Below, piece by piece: positions 51,940-63,842 of a stretch of 64,000 nt of DNA. Below the pieces are notes generated by a model. It did no database searches, was not told the origin of the DNA, and saw only the letters and a list, made by a program, of their open reading frames with translations. The translations under genes were made by a program, and so were the position numbers. How positions within the stretch are numbered: position 1 is the stretch's first letter; the number at the start of each line of letters is the position of its first letter. Where the stretch lies: assembly GCA_965203295.1 (NCBI GenBank), contig CBDBCZ010000017.1:1504001-1568000 (forward strand). Reading direction: 5' to 3'. This DNA is from Nitrospirales bacterium (GTDB lineage Bacteria > Nitrospirota > Nitrospiria > Nitrospirales > UBA8639).

Positions 51940-53817
51940 CTATGAGGGGTTAAAAAGTTTCTCAATGATGGCTCTTTGGGCGAAGGAGCTGCACGCCTTT
52001 TCAACTGATTGCTTCAAGGTTTCGACTTCTGCAGACATTGCTTGAGCCATTTTTCTGACAGCGTCGATGCTGTAGTGAGTTTGACAGTTGTATATCTTAT
52101 CACTGAAGAGTATTTCTATGAGCTTTTTACCAACTTCTGGATAGTCGATAGGATAGCCATTAGCTTGCGCAAACAACGATATCATGAAGGTGTAGAAAGG
52201 CGTTAAAATGGTGTTTGGGTGGTTATACGATGTTGTGTTAGGAGGTGAGAGTTGGGATGCTTGGAATGGCATATTGTTTAAAAGAGGGTCCACTGTTTTC
52301 ATAACTTCCTTTCCGAGGATTTCCGTCAGCATTCCATAACTCTGGGAGATATGATTCTTGTGTGTGTCTATAACGCTGACAAGATCGTGGAGATACTTGG
52401 TTATGTCCAGTCTGCAAAAGCGCACCATATGTACTAGCATTGCCAACCACTGTAGCATGGGTACGTAGGCCCATGCAGAGTAAGTAACTGACTCAATTGT
52501 CCTCAATTTACAGCCCACTTCCGCTATAATGTTGTTCAGCTGATGACTGTCCATCAGTCCACTACAGATGTCAGTTACGCATCTGCATGCATTGTTGGCT
52601 GGAGTTCCGACTGGGTCCTTTCTTTCTGCTTGCCGTTCTTGAATCCGTCGCCGGGATGAAACGTTCCACCGTGTAGGCATGAGCACTTTATTGAATTGCG
52701 TGAAGGAATCCAGGCACTCTTCCACGTGTGGTTTCAGCGCATCTACATCAAATGACTTTGATTCGGCCCTAGTTTGTATGTGTGCATGATACCCTGCTGC
52801 GAAGGTCGAGATGCTTTGCAAGGTCAATGAAATAAGGCGAGGATCAATTTTTGCTGTCTCGGTATCTATCTGATCGTGAAAGCAAGGCCACTGATGCACA
52901 ATTGGAGTGTCCATTGCAAAGATGTGCTTCATGTCTTCCCAGGTTGTCTTAATCATCACTCTCCATTCATGATCGTTTGCTGTTAGTCTCGAAAGCTCGT
53001 TCCTATAGAATATGTACTGGGTCTGCTTCACATAGAAAATGTGATCGAGGGTTTGGTTTGGGCCCTTGAGACTGGAAGGTACATCTGGAACTCCTGTCTC
53101 CACCACTAGAAGCTTTGCCAAGTCAATGCGTCCAATATGTTCCAGACGTTGTACAAGATAGCCGTAGTTATGAGGGCCAAGGACCTCCTGGTTCTCAAGC
53201 TCACAAAAGAGTTTGTAGCCTTCCTTAATTTCCTCGCTTGAGGCTTCTGGGATAGAAGGACAGAGGAACAGCAGCTGCTGAATTTCATCAGTAGATAGAT
53301 GATTGGAAATTTTTAGTAGCAAGAAACGGTGTGTTTCTACAGGTGTGCTGTTATCCGAGGCTCCATGCTGCAATCCTAAAAGTTTGCTAGCCAAATCCTG
53401 CCTTCCAATACACTGAAGCCATTCTTTGAGCTGGCTATGCTTATCCAGCCACAGAGATTCGCACCATTCCAGTTGCTGAAAGAGCTCTAAACCAGAACAC
53501 ACCTTTTTCGCAACCTCCTTGGGAATTATACCACCAGCCACAAACAGAAGACATTGGACATCTTTTCTGGTGAGTCTCCGTGCAATCTTCATCAATCTCA
53601 GTCTGTGCTTTGTCCTCTGGAGGCCATGAGCTTCATTCCTGAGTTTTGATACTTTTGCTGTTTTTCTTCTTCGACTATTAGTACTGTGGCTTGGAGTTTT
53701 GAAACTGTACTTGTGCTTCGATCCATGAAACGAAGAGGTGCCCCGTTTAAGTTTACGACGGTTGAACTTCGGTCTACTCTGTTTGTCTAGCCTGCTTTTT
53801 GAACTGATGGAGGCCAT
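51940..53817 (-). CDS. Intronless tandem death-effector-domain (2x DED) protein with an unrecognised ~380-aa C-terminal region, copy 1 (625 aa)
   Basis: Two DED-like repeats (HRLRLMKIARRLTRKDV..LLF..GLELF..LE..IGRQDL and HRFLLLKISNHLSTDEI..LLF..GYKLF..LE..IGRIDL) with RxDL motifs; basic N-terminus; no QACxG. First ATG at 53817 follows a candidate acceptor. Confidence 0.85.
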   Translation of the reverse strand: MASISSKSRLDKQSRPKFNRRKLKRGTSSFHGSKHKYSFKTPSHSTNSRRRKTAKVSKLRNEAHGLQRTKHRLRLMKIARRLTRKDVQCLLFVAGGIIPKEVAKKVCSGLELFQQLEWCESLWLDKHSQLKEWLQCIGRQDLASKLLGLQHGASDNSTPVETHRFLLLKISNHLSTDEIQQLLFLCPSIPEASSEEIKEGYKLFCELENQEVLGPHNYGYLVQRLEHIGRIDLAKLLVVETGVPDVPSSLKGPNQTLDHIFYVKQTQYIFYRNELSRLTANDHEWRVMIKTTWEDMKHIFAMDTPIVHQWPCFHDQIDTETAKIDPRLISLTLQSISTFAAGYHAHIQTRAESKSFDVDALKPHVEECLDSFTQFNKVLMPTRWNVSSRRRIQERQAERKDPVGTPANNACRCVTDICSGLMDSHQLNNIIAEVGCKLRTIESVTYSAWAYVPMLQWLAMLVHMVRFCRLDITKYLHDLVSVIDTHKNHISQSYGMLTEILGKEVMKTVDPLLNNMPFQASQLSPPNTTSYNHPNTILTPFYTFMISLFAQANGYPIDYPEVGKKLIEILFSDKIYNCQTHYSIDAVRKMAQAMSAEVETLKQSVEKACSSFAQRAIIEKLFNPS

Positions 53818-54662
53818 TCTCAAATGACAGCTTTGCCTGAAAGTGGTGAGTTACATCTAATATATAAACCTAGTTGTTTACATCATAGAGGTTGCAGCAC
53901 TGTCCAAGAAGAGGTTGCAACATTGTCCAAAAATGCATTGGGATGTCCCCTCTTAGTATATATAGCCCTCTTAAATTACATGTATAGCTATTTTTATTGG
54001 CACAGTGCTTGCTGGGGGAAACCTTTCCTATTTGGTTTCCAAATATTTAAGCATTCAGTTCCCATTACTAATTTACGTAGTAGAGTAATCTTTACCCTTA
54101 TGATGTAATGTGGGCAAACGTAGACACAATTTAACATGCATGTGTTTGCATGTGCTTTTATGTTTACATATGCATGTATGAAAGTACACGAATATGCATA
54201 AGACCATCCTCCCTACATTCTTTAATTACCCAGGATGGTCTCCGTAAATGCACTGCACTGATTTGTAGCTACTCGAGCTGTATTAAACACATAGCATGCA
54301 CTGTTAGCCTCGTGACCAGACTATGGCGCTGTGATGTATAGGTAGTTTGTGAAAGCTTTGCTGTACGAGTTGTTTAGCTTGTTTTACGAAAGTGCGTCCT
54401 ACATGATTGTTTTTTTTTTCCTCACTTTTTGGTAAAGTGGTTTTTATGTAACTTTTTCCATAGTAACAGAATGTAGTGCATGGCAGCGTACATCTTGTTA
54501 AATTATGAAATGCATAATATCAGGAATACAAGTGTATGACAGTGGAGTGGAATGTATGTGTTCTTGATGAAACATATAAGTATTACTGCATTCGTGTATA
54601 GAACAAAATACCAACAAGTTAATAATATAATAGTAGCTATAGACTTCAACTGAAAAAGATGA

Positions 54663-57600
54663 CTAGAAAATATTTAGTGAATACAAGGAATACATCACTG
54701 TTCCAGTAATAATGCTGAAGTATGAACCAATGGTGGTGGGTAGAGCACTGGACATATCGTCGCCAGCAGCTGATGGGGCTGTACTGTTTAGGAGACGATT
54801 ACAACAGTCGAGAGGCTGAAAGCCCGTACAGACATCTGGTGCCTCATATGCACACTGAGCATCAGGGTAGGTAGTTAGCCCATTGAGCCGGGTTTGATCA
54901 TTCTGTAACGTTTTAAAATGAAGACATTGAATAATCACTGCATGGGATTGAGACACTTTAGCTTTTCCCAGTGGGTAGGATTCATGATAAAAATATTTCT
55001 TCAATTCCAACCTGAAATTCAGCAAAAGTTTTTACCGATATTTCTACCCAGCATTACGTTAAGTCCTCTGGCCAGGAAGACAACACTGTTACAGTAAAAA
55101 CACACTTGCAACTGGCCTGCATGGCTTTTTTTCAACATTGTAGCCAAAACATTGATAACCTTTGACAGACAGAAATTCTGCTGAAAGTTGGGTTGGAATT
55201 AATGAAACTATGCTCAAACCTTTGTACAGAAAAATCTGATACTTTTAATTAAGTGTTGGGCTTCACTTACGAAACAGATGTAAATTCCATTATTGCTTAG
55301 CACAGAATCTTGCAGATCTTGTATGGCATCAGGTGTCCAGTCGACTTGGTCCAGAACCGTCCTGATTCCAGCCTCATCATCCGAACCAAGGCTTTGGAAG
55401 AGCTGGCCACGTTCATTTGCCCTATCAGTTGAAAACCATGCACCCATGACTAGTTATGCAGGAGGTAATATAAGTTATGATTATTATTACATTTCTTATG
55501 ATCAAACTTACGAGAGGTGTTGCTCAGTGAAGGGTGTGTATGCAGCAGGCACTTGCGGTATAGATCCACACACACCCATTTGAATGCGAGGATAGTAAAT
55601 TAGAAAACTTAAGCACATTTCATCATGTGTCCTTTCACCTCCCTGCATGAAATCAGAATTTGTGAAACTTGACTTGCTAGTTTTGATAAATAGCATACCA
55701 CATAGCATTAATAATGCTTACTAGAGTCACGTTTGAGTTTTCGGTTGTTCTGTAGAAACATTTCAGAGCTAGTGAATCCCCCTGCATGGGGAAAAATATT
55801 TTACTGGTCATCATATTTGTTGACATGATCAAGAGACATTTTGTGGGAGTCCTAAGAATACTTACAGGAAGAACCTGGACTTTTCTTGGTAAAATGTTGA
55901 ATTGCTGTAATAACATCAAAGTATAATAATAAGAGTTCTTTTGATTGGGGTAAGACCATGCATGTAGAGTATACCTGAAGATTAAAATCGTATTTCAAGT
56001 TGCTGTCAATGGGCTCTAATTCTTCCAGGACACCGCACTCTTCATTGGGCCTGAAGTGCTGCAGCACTAGTCCATGTCCTGTAAAAAAAAAGAGATACCA
56101 TCAACAGTACTGTGAGTGAATTTTGGATGGGTAAAGATTTAGCAGTAATGCCATATAGTGGTCATAGAAATAATATCTGCATTGTAGCATGAGTATTAAT
56201 TTATCTCCTCATGCATTCAGTTTCCAGGCACAGGTAAACACACAATAGCCTCGTACAAAAAAAGAGAAAGCTGGGGAGTTGAGTCTAGAAACGAGGCTAT
56301 ATATAAGTACTATGTGATATTTAGTATCATGATTATAATAACAGGAGTGCATGAACATATATAGTGATAAGGGTAGTGCCGTACTAAGCAATCTTTATCT
56401 TGTTTTGGTTACAAAAATGTACTCTCAAGCCAGATTAGGACTTTACAAATTCCTTATATGGCATTGTTACAGTAGCAGCTCTACTCTACAAGATGTGGTT
56501 CTATGAAGTTACACTAATGCTCCTGATAATGTTTCTAGATATACATACCTACAAGATGTGTGCTATACTTGCAAATTGCATGACTAATTTTTAGATGTAC
56601 ATACCTACAAGATGTGTGTGAAGCAAATTTCCAAATATTGTGATACCATCATCCGGTATAGTCTAAATGGGAGGAGAATCATCATGCAGTGGGGTTAATG
56701 TCGTGTTTAAATACAGAACTTGAAGTGTATAGCACTTACGTTTTGTGTGCAAGCAGCAGGACAAACAGATTCTATTACATAATTGTCCGCTTTCGGAGGG
56801 ATGACCATATTACTTGTTACTAAATGCCCCAGCGCGAGTATTCCTGCCTCAACCGCTGGGGGGTTGCTTGAATAGAAAAATTCAAGTCCAGAACTGTCAA
56901 GAACTCCTAACATTAAAGGGAGAGCAAAGTCGTTTTTTTTTTAATGAATAAATAGTACAATGTCATGATATTAATTTTATATACACGATAGTATTGTCAG
57001 CAGATTCACCTGCTCTCAGCAGTGGATTGTCATAGTGCATTTCAAGAACCAAATACTCTGCATTGCCAGGACCCCCAATCGAGTAGGCTACATTTTCTGG
57101 ATAGACGACATCCTACAAAGAAGAAAGTATAATTCTGGTATTTGCATGCATGCATGATCACGACCTCGTACATGCACAGCTTGTCTGCCAAACGTATATT
57201 ATGCTTACCACTCCTCCAACTGCCCATACTCCAACAAGTGCAGTTCTACAGTTCCTCAAGTCATCAGGAGCATTATCACAGTGTGCACCGCTGCTTGCAA
57301 GAGTGTCAGGCTCAAGAAAGTTACAGTGGTATACCACAATGTGATGAACATGTGGATAGCTGTCCTCAGTTATGGTGGGTGAAAACTGCATAAGTAAGAA
57401 GATTATGAATCACTGTTTGTAGTTATGCTTTACAATTAATTAAAACTACATAAATCAAAAAAAAAAATTACTAACCTTAAAGATGTACTGCTCCTGTGCC
57501 CTCACTTCAGCTGGTAACTGAAAGCCTGAACACCAGTAGGTAGTGTCTCTGTCACCTGGAATTGTTATCTATGTGTGTGCATGAAAGTAGGCGAAAGAAT

Positions 57601-59075
57601 TGGGTCTTTCACCAAGTTGAATACACGATTTGTATGATATGATACTTGTATATAGACTGATATATGCTTACGTTAGTATTTCGGATTGTGAATGACTTTG
57701 TATCTGGTGGATTCGGCCGTTCGTTATTCAGCCCTCCAAGAAGATTGAGACTGGTGGTTCCTCGTGACTGATGCTGTCTAATTTCACCTAGTACATCTGA
57801 GGGATTGAATGAATTCCAGCTCCAAATTACACGAGTTGTGTCAGCCTGTATGAAAGAAAAAGATAACAGTCCTTGCATCTTAATATTATTATAAGAGCAT
57901 TAATTGCGCTATTATAATGAAAGTACATGTAGCTGTATGGTAAATCCATAAAATACGTACATATGTTCCACGTGAACCAGGAATTTGCGCAATCCTAAAA
58001 TTGCGCAATGCAAACTAGGGATCCCATACTTTGGCGCGCAATCCCAGGATTGCGCAGCCAATTCTACTTTTGCGCACACGTGATGGTGACACTTCTATAG
58101 TTAGCTATAAAAACGCCACGCTCGATTAGATAATGCAGAGTCTCTGCGGCTTGCAAGTTTCATTCATCCGTTTATATTGTGATTGTAGATTACCAGATTC
58201 ATTGACAATGTAATGGTTGTGACAAATGGTTTCATTACAAATGTGTTGGTTTTAATACATATTATCATGTTGGCGATTGGTTTTGTAACCACTGTCAGTA
58301 GTTTATTGTTTTTACAGCACTTGTCAATGACCCTTTGTTCATCCCTTTGCTGTTTGTACTTTGACTCCTCATGCACTTCATATCAAAATGCTGACTTTGT
58401 ACGAACGAATTTGCGCAATGCAGGGTTTGCGCAAAGTATTCCAACTTCGCGCGAAAAACTGCGCAATCCTGGGATTGTGCGCCAAAGTACGGATTCCTAC
58501 TTTGCGCAGCGCAATCCTAAGACTGCGCGACTTCGAATGCGCGGAACATATATACAGTCACTGACCAAAATATTCATATCTCTATCATCACAGGAAGTTA
58601 TGTTTCTGGAGAATTCAAGGATGGTGAATCCATTCTCTTGCTCGCCGCTGATCAGAAACCAGTCCTGGCTTGCATCAATCGGAGGCAGGGCTTCTTGCTC
58701 GGCATAACGATCCTGTATAAGTAAAAACAGAGAAAACAGACAATAACAGTTATATAACATGGAAACACTGCCCCGCTCGCATTGATGGTAGTTACTTACA
58801 TGAAATTGCACGGTCCCCTCGCTCTCGACCCATCCGATCACCACATCTGATCCAACCATGCCACCATCGGGAGAGATTCCGAATCCCACCCAGCCAGTCG
58901 TTTGCACGCGAACAGCGAATGAGATGGTTTGCGCACTCAAGTCGTAGTTCCAGTGGAGTTCGTACAGTCCATCGCGGTCCAGAATGGCCGAAAAGCGGTA
59001 TTCCTGCGATAAATCGTGCGCACCGTAAACAGTCAGCGCAAGAAGGGAAAGCGTTACTACAGTTCCTAGCATCAT
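54663..59075 (-). CDS. MOXD1: DBH-like monooxygenase (DOMON + copper type II ascorbate-dependent monooxygenase), 14 exons, about 639 aa
   Basis: Exons 58800-59075, 58566-58712, 57672-57845, 57476-57568, 57209-57385, 57010-57112, 56740-56906, 56605-56662, 55975-56078, 55866-55904, 55722-55781, 55512-55642, 55271-55421 and 54663-54902 (1,920 nt). Signal peptide, DOMON (GWVGFGISPDGGMVGSDVVIGW), copper ligands HVHH, EMHYDNP, HTH and DEMC, and a hydrophobic C-terminal tail. Confidence 0.92.
57960..58552. mobile_element. TIR element with ~100-bp ttgcgca-rich inverted arms in MOXD1 intron 2
   Basis: atatgttcc...ttgcgcaatcc...tactttggcgcgcaatcccaggattgcgcag versus ctgcgcaatcctgggattgtgcgccaaagta...ggaacatat. 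Confidence 0.7.
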
Positions 59076-59729
59076 GGTTGTATTCTTGGCACAGTGTTTT
59101 AGCGGAGTTTAGCTACTGTGTCGCTAAGATATACTCGGCTGGTACCTGTGTCTGTACTATAGACCGTCTGCGGTTAATTGCATCAGATATACTCGGCTGG
59201 TAACCTGAATCTGTACTATAGACCGTCTGCGGTTAATTGCATCATTTCCTGTTGTGTGTGGGTAGTAAAGATAGAGTATCTATGATATCACACACACATG
59301 ATCATGTAGACTGGCTCCACCGGACTAATGACCATGATGCAAGATGAAAGTATATGATTACAAAATGATCACCAGATGATGCAATACGTTCCCTATCAAC
59401 TTGTTTTTGCACACACACACACACACATAAAAATGCAATACAAATTCTATTGCTGCCGCTAAGCGGTCACTCACACCTGGCAAAGCCAAACTGCTTGTGC
59501 ACTAAGCAAGCACTATGAGCCAGTGCTGGCAAACTCCTGGAGCCGGGCTAGGAACTCGCAGGAGGATTGACTACTTCTCTCTGGTGTGGGCAGCCGAAGT
59601 CCCACACCCTTCACTGTCTGGTTTGAAAGTTCATTTTGAGTACCTCATTAACTCTAGCTACATTAAATTTATCTTGAATATTCATACAAGATAATCAGCA
59701 CAATTATGCTATAGGTTAATTAATAACCT

Positions 59730-60516
59730 CTAATCAAAATGATAAGTGAATCCTTTTAAGAAATCCACAATGCTCTTCCTGACATTTTCTTCCTCCGACT
59801 GTGGTCCGGTGAACTTCCACCCCCAGTACCTATGATCTGCACCACTACCACTACCTCCATAGCCTTCTCGCAGCCAGCTAGGAGGAATACTGGGAGAACT
59901 GTCCCAACCATATTTGGACTGGTACTCATGATACTCGGCGCTACGCAGATCGATCCTTACTTTCACAGACACCACAGGCGATCCCGAGAAATAGCGCTTC
60001 TCCATCACTTCTCGACTAACAGAATCTGCAGCAAATATGTCCCAATCGTAACCTGGAACTTGTACTGCAAAGGTTTCTATTTTCCCCCACAGAAATTCAA
60101 TATTAAACTTCCAGTCACCGGGTGCCTCACGTCCGAGGGAATTGACTGCAAAATTATCTTTAGGAGATACATTCAAGTTGACACTGGCTGAGTCGGCAAT
60201 GATATCCCTATAAAAAGTCACAGCGTCAGAAATTCTGGCTAGTAGCTACTTCCACGGGAATTGTAAGGTCAGAAGATGCAGAGTCATCAGGGCTCTTAAT
60301 AAGGGTCACTGTCCCATCCTCCTGACAGGAGACGATGTAGGACTCGGAGTCCCTATACTCACTAAAGGCCACAACGTCACCATGACACAACTCATGTTTC
60401 TTAACTAACGCTTCTACGCCGGCTGCACTCGTAGGACATTCAGAGTCATACAGCCTTAAGTATTTAGCAGCTTCTGCGGGATACTTCGTATCTTTGCTGG
60501 GCTCTTGAGAGGCCAT
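59730..60516 (-). pseudogene. Frameshifted copy 2 of the 260-aa uncharacterised gene
   Basis: Near-identical to 50725-51507 but with a 4-bp insertion (gcta, about 60245-60248) that splits the ORF into 60226-60519 and 59730-60221. Confidence 0.8.
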
Positions 60517-60942
60517 CAAGCCGCCTTATATAGTTCTAAGTCTCGTGGTCAGGCAGCGTCTAGTCACGTGACTAGGCAGTACAGCGTGTGTAATTATTAC
60601 GCAATAAATTAACCTTTACCCTTATGATGTAATGGGGTAAGAATTTACAATGTCGTGCAAGTGTTTGTGCTTTCATGTTGAAAGCACAAAAACATACATG
60701 TTTGCATGTATTTAGTGTCTGTCTCCTTTTACCCCCCCCCCCCCCCCCCCCCAGCTACATCATTTCGGTAAAGAATCTTTTATATTCATCTTGATTTTGC
60801 AGAGCTGCACTTTCTCCGTATAATTCTCGTGACGAGACTATTGCAGAATGTGAGTTTGCTGCCTAATTATCATGCATTAATTATACTAATTAATAGTGGA
60901 TCTTTGGCTCTAAGATACAGAAAGCTCAGTATTTATTACTAG

Positions 60943-62820
60943 CTATGAGGGGTTAAAAAGTTTCTCAATGATGGCTCTTTGGGCAAAGGAGCTGCAAGCC
61001 TTTTCAACTGATTGCTTCAAGGTTTCGACTTCTGCAGACATTGCTTGAGCCATTTTTCTGACAGCATCGATGCTGTAGTGAGTTTGACAGTTGTATATCT
61101 TATCACTGAAGAGTATTTCTATGAGCTTTTTACCAACTTCTGGATAGTCGATAGGATAGCCATTAGCTTGCGCAAACAACGATATCATGAAGGTGTAGAA
61201 AGGAGTTAAAATGGTGTTTGGGTGGTTATACGATGTTGTGTTAGGAGGTGAGAGTTGGGATGCTTGGAATGGCATATTGTTTAAAAGAGGGTCCACTGTT
61301 TTCATAACTTCCTTTCCGAGGATTTCCGTCAGCATTCCATAACTCTGGGAAATATGATTCTTGTGGGTGTCTATAACACTGACAAGATCGTGGAGATACT
61401 TGGTTATGTCCAGTCTGCAACAGCGCACCATATGTACTAGCATTGCCAACCACTGTAGCATGGGTACGTAGGCCCATACAGAGTAAGTAACTGACTCAAT
61501 TGTCCTCAATTTACAGCCCACTTCCGCTATAATGTTGTTCAGCTGATGACTGTCCATCAGTCCACTACAGATGTCAGTTACGCATCTGCATGCATTGTTG
61601 GCTGGAGTTCCGACTGGGTCCTTTCTTTCTGCTTGCCGTTCTTGAATCCGTCGCCAGGATGAAACGTTCCACTGTGTAGGCATGAGCACTTTATTGAATT
61701 GCGTAAAGGAATCTAGACACTCTTCCACATGTGGTTTCAATACATCTACATCAAATGACTTTGATTCTGCCCTAGTTCGTATATGTGCATGATACCCTGC
61801 TGCGAAGGTCGAGATGCTTTGCAAGGTTGATGAAATTAGCTGAGGATCGATTTTCGCTGTCTCGGTATCTATCTGATCGTGAAAGCAAGGCCACTGATGC
61901 ACAATTGGAGTGTCCATTGCAAAGATGTGCTTCATGTCTTCCCAGGTTGTCTTAATCATCACTCTCCATTCATGATCGTTTGCTGTTAGTCTCGAAAGCT
62001 CGTTCCTATAGAATATGTACTGGGTCTGCTTCACATAGAAAATGTGATCGAGGGTTTGGTTAGGGCCCTTGAGACTGGAAGGTACATCTGGAACTCTTGT
62101 CTCCACCACTAGAAGCTTTGCCAAGTCAATGCGTCCAATATGTTCCAGACGTTGTACAAGATAGCCGTAGTTATGAGGGCCTAGGACCTCCTGGTTCTCA
62201 AGCTCACAAAAGAGTTTGTAGCCTTCCTTAATTTCCTCGCTTGAGGCTTCTGGGATAGAAGGACAGAGGAACCGCAGCTGCTGAATTTCATCAGTAGATA
62301 GATGATTGGAAATTTTTAGTAGCAAGAAACGGTGTGTTTCTACAGGTATGCTGTTATCCGAGGCTCCATGCTGCAATCCTGAAAGTTTGCTAGCCAAATC
62401 TTGCCTTTCAATACACTGAAGCCATTCTTTGAGCTGGCTATGCTTATCCAGCCACAGAGATTCACACCATTCCAGTTGCTGAAAGAGCTCTAAACCAGAA
62501 CACACCTTTTTCGCAACCTCCTTGGGAATTATACCACCAGCCACAAACAGAAGACATTGGACATCTTTTCTGGTAAGTCTCCGTGCAATCTTCATCAATC
62601 TCAGTCTGTGCTTTGTCCTCTGGAGGCCATGCACTTCATTCCTGAGTTTTGATACTTTTGCTGTTTTTCTTCTTCGACTATTAGTACTGTGGTTTGGAGT
62701 TTTGAAACTGTACTTGTGCTTCGATCCATGAAACGAAGAGGTGCCCCGTTTAAGTTTACGACGGTTGAACTTCAGTCTACTCTGTTTGTCTAGCCTGCTT
62801 TTTGAACTGATGGAGGCCAT
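60943..62820 (-). CDS. Tandem-DED protein, copy 2 (625 aa)
   Basis: Intact ORF; about 16 amino-acid differences from copy 1 by manual comparison. Confidence 0.85.
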   Translation of the reverse strand: MASISSKSRLDKQSRLKFNRRKLKRGTSSFHGSKHKYSFKTPNHSTNSRRRKTAKVSKLRNEVHGLQRTKHRLRLMKIARRLTRKDVQCLLFVAGGIIPKEVAKKVCSGLELFQQLEWCESLWLDKHSQLKEWLQCIERQDLASKLSGLQHGASDNSIPVETHRFLLLKISNHLSTDEIQQLRFLCPSIPEASSEEIKEGYKLFCELENQEVLGPHNYGYLVQRLEHIGRIDLAKLLVVETRVPDVPSSLKGPNQTLDHIFYVKQTQYIFYRNELSRLTANDHEWRVMIKTTWEDMKHIFAMDTPIVHQWPCFHDQIDTETAKIDPQLISSTLQSISTFAAGYHAHIRTRAESKSFDVDVLKPHVEECLDSFTQFNKVLMPTQWNVSSWRRIQERQAERKDPVGTPANNACRCVTDICSGLMDSHQLNNIIAEVGCKLRTIESVTYSVWAYVPMLQWLAMLVHMVRCCRLDITKYLHDLVSVIDTHKNHISQSYGMLTEILGKEVMKTVDPLLNNMPFQASQLSPPNTTSYNHPNTILTPFYTFMISLFAQANGYPIDYPEVGKKLIEILFSDKIYNCQTHYSIDAVRKMAQAMSAEVETLKQSVEKACSSFAQRAIIEKLFNPS

Positions 62821-63611
62821 TCTCAAATGACAGCTTTGCCTGAAAGTGGTGAGTTACATCTAAGATATAAACCTAGTTGTTTACATCAGAGGTTGCAGCA
62901 CTGTCCAAGAAGAGGTTGCAACACTGTCCAAAAATGCATTGGGATGTCCCCTCTTAGTATATATAGCCCTCTTAAATGACATGTATAGCTATTTTTATTG
63001 GCACAGTGCTTGCTGGGGGAAACCTTTCCTATTTGGTTTCAAAATATTTGAGCATTCAGTTCCCATTACTAATTTACGTAGTAGAGTAATCTTTATACCC
63101 TTATGATGTAATGGGGGTAAACGTAGACACAATTTAACATGCATGTGCTTTTATGTTTAAAACTTACATATGCATGCATGAAAGTACACGAATATGCATG
63201 AGACCATCCTCCCTACATTCTTTAATTACCCAGGATTGTCTCCGTATATGCACTGCACTGATTTGTAGCTGCTCGAGCTGTATTAAACACATAGCATGCA
63301 CTGTTAGCCTCGTGGCCAGACTATAGCTATGGCGCTGTGATGTGTAGGTAGTTTGTGAAAGCTTTGCAGTACGAGTTGTTTAGCTTGTTTTACGAAAGTG
63401 CATCCCTACATGATTGTCACTTTTTGGTAAACTGGTTTTTCTGTAACTTTTTCCATAGTAACAGAATGTAGTGCATGGCAGCGTACATCTTGATAAATTA
63501 TGGAATGCATAATATCAGGAGTACATGTGTATGACAGTGGAGTGGAATGTATGTGTTCTTGATGAACGCTAAGGCGCTCGGCAAGCTATAGACTTCAACT
63601 GAAAAAAATTA

Positions 63612-63842
63612 CTAGAAAATGTTTAGTGAATACAGGGAATACATCACTGTTCCAGTGATAATGCTGAAGTATGAACCAATGGTGGTGGGTAGAGCACTGG
63701 ACATATCGTCACCAGTAGCTGTACTGTTTAGAAGACGATTACAACAGTCGAGAGGCTGAAAGCCTGTACAGACATCTGGTGCCTCATATGCACACTGAGC
63801 ATCAGGGTAGGTAGTTGGCCCATTGAGCCGGGTTTGATCGTT
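63612..63842 (-). CDS. MOXD1: Last exon of a second DBH-like/MOXD1 copy (remainder beyond the right edge)
   Basis: Matches 54663-54902 with an in-frame 9-bp deletion; acceptor retained. Confidence 0.8.
   Translation of the reverse strand, partial: NDQTRLNGPTTYPDAQCAYEAPDVCTGFQPLDCCNRLLNSTATGDDMSSALPTTIGSYFSIITGTVMYSLYSLNIF

Noticed and set aside
51940..53817. Caspase-8/10 or cFLIP-L orthologue
   Set aside because: No caspase-like sequence or QACxG motif is recognisable after the DEDs.
55422..55449. Frameshift or premature stop in MOXD1 exon 13
   Set aside because: The upstream AG at 55450 gives a stop, but the AG at 55422 restores phase and an open frame, so the gene is intact.
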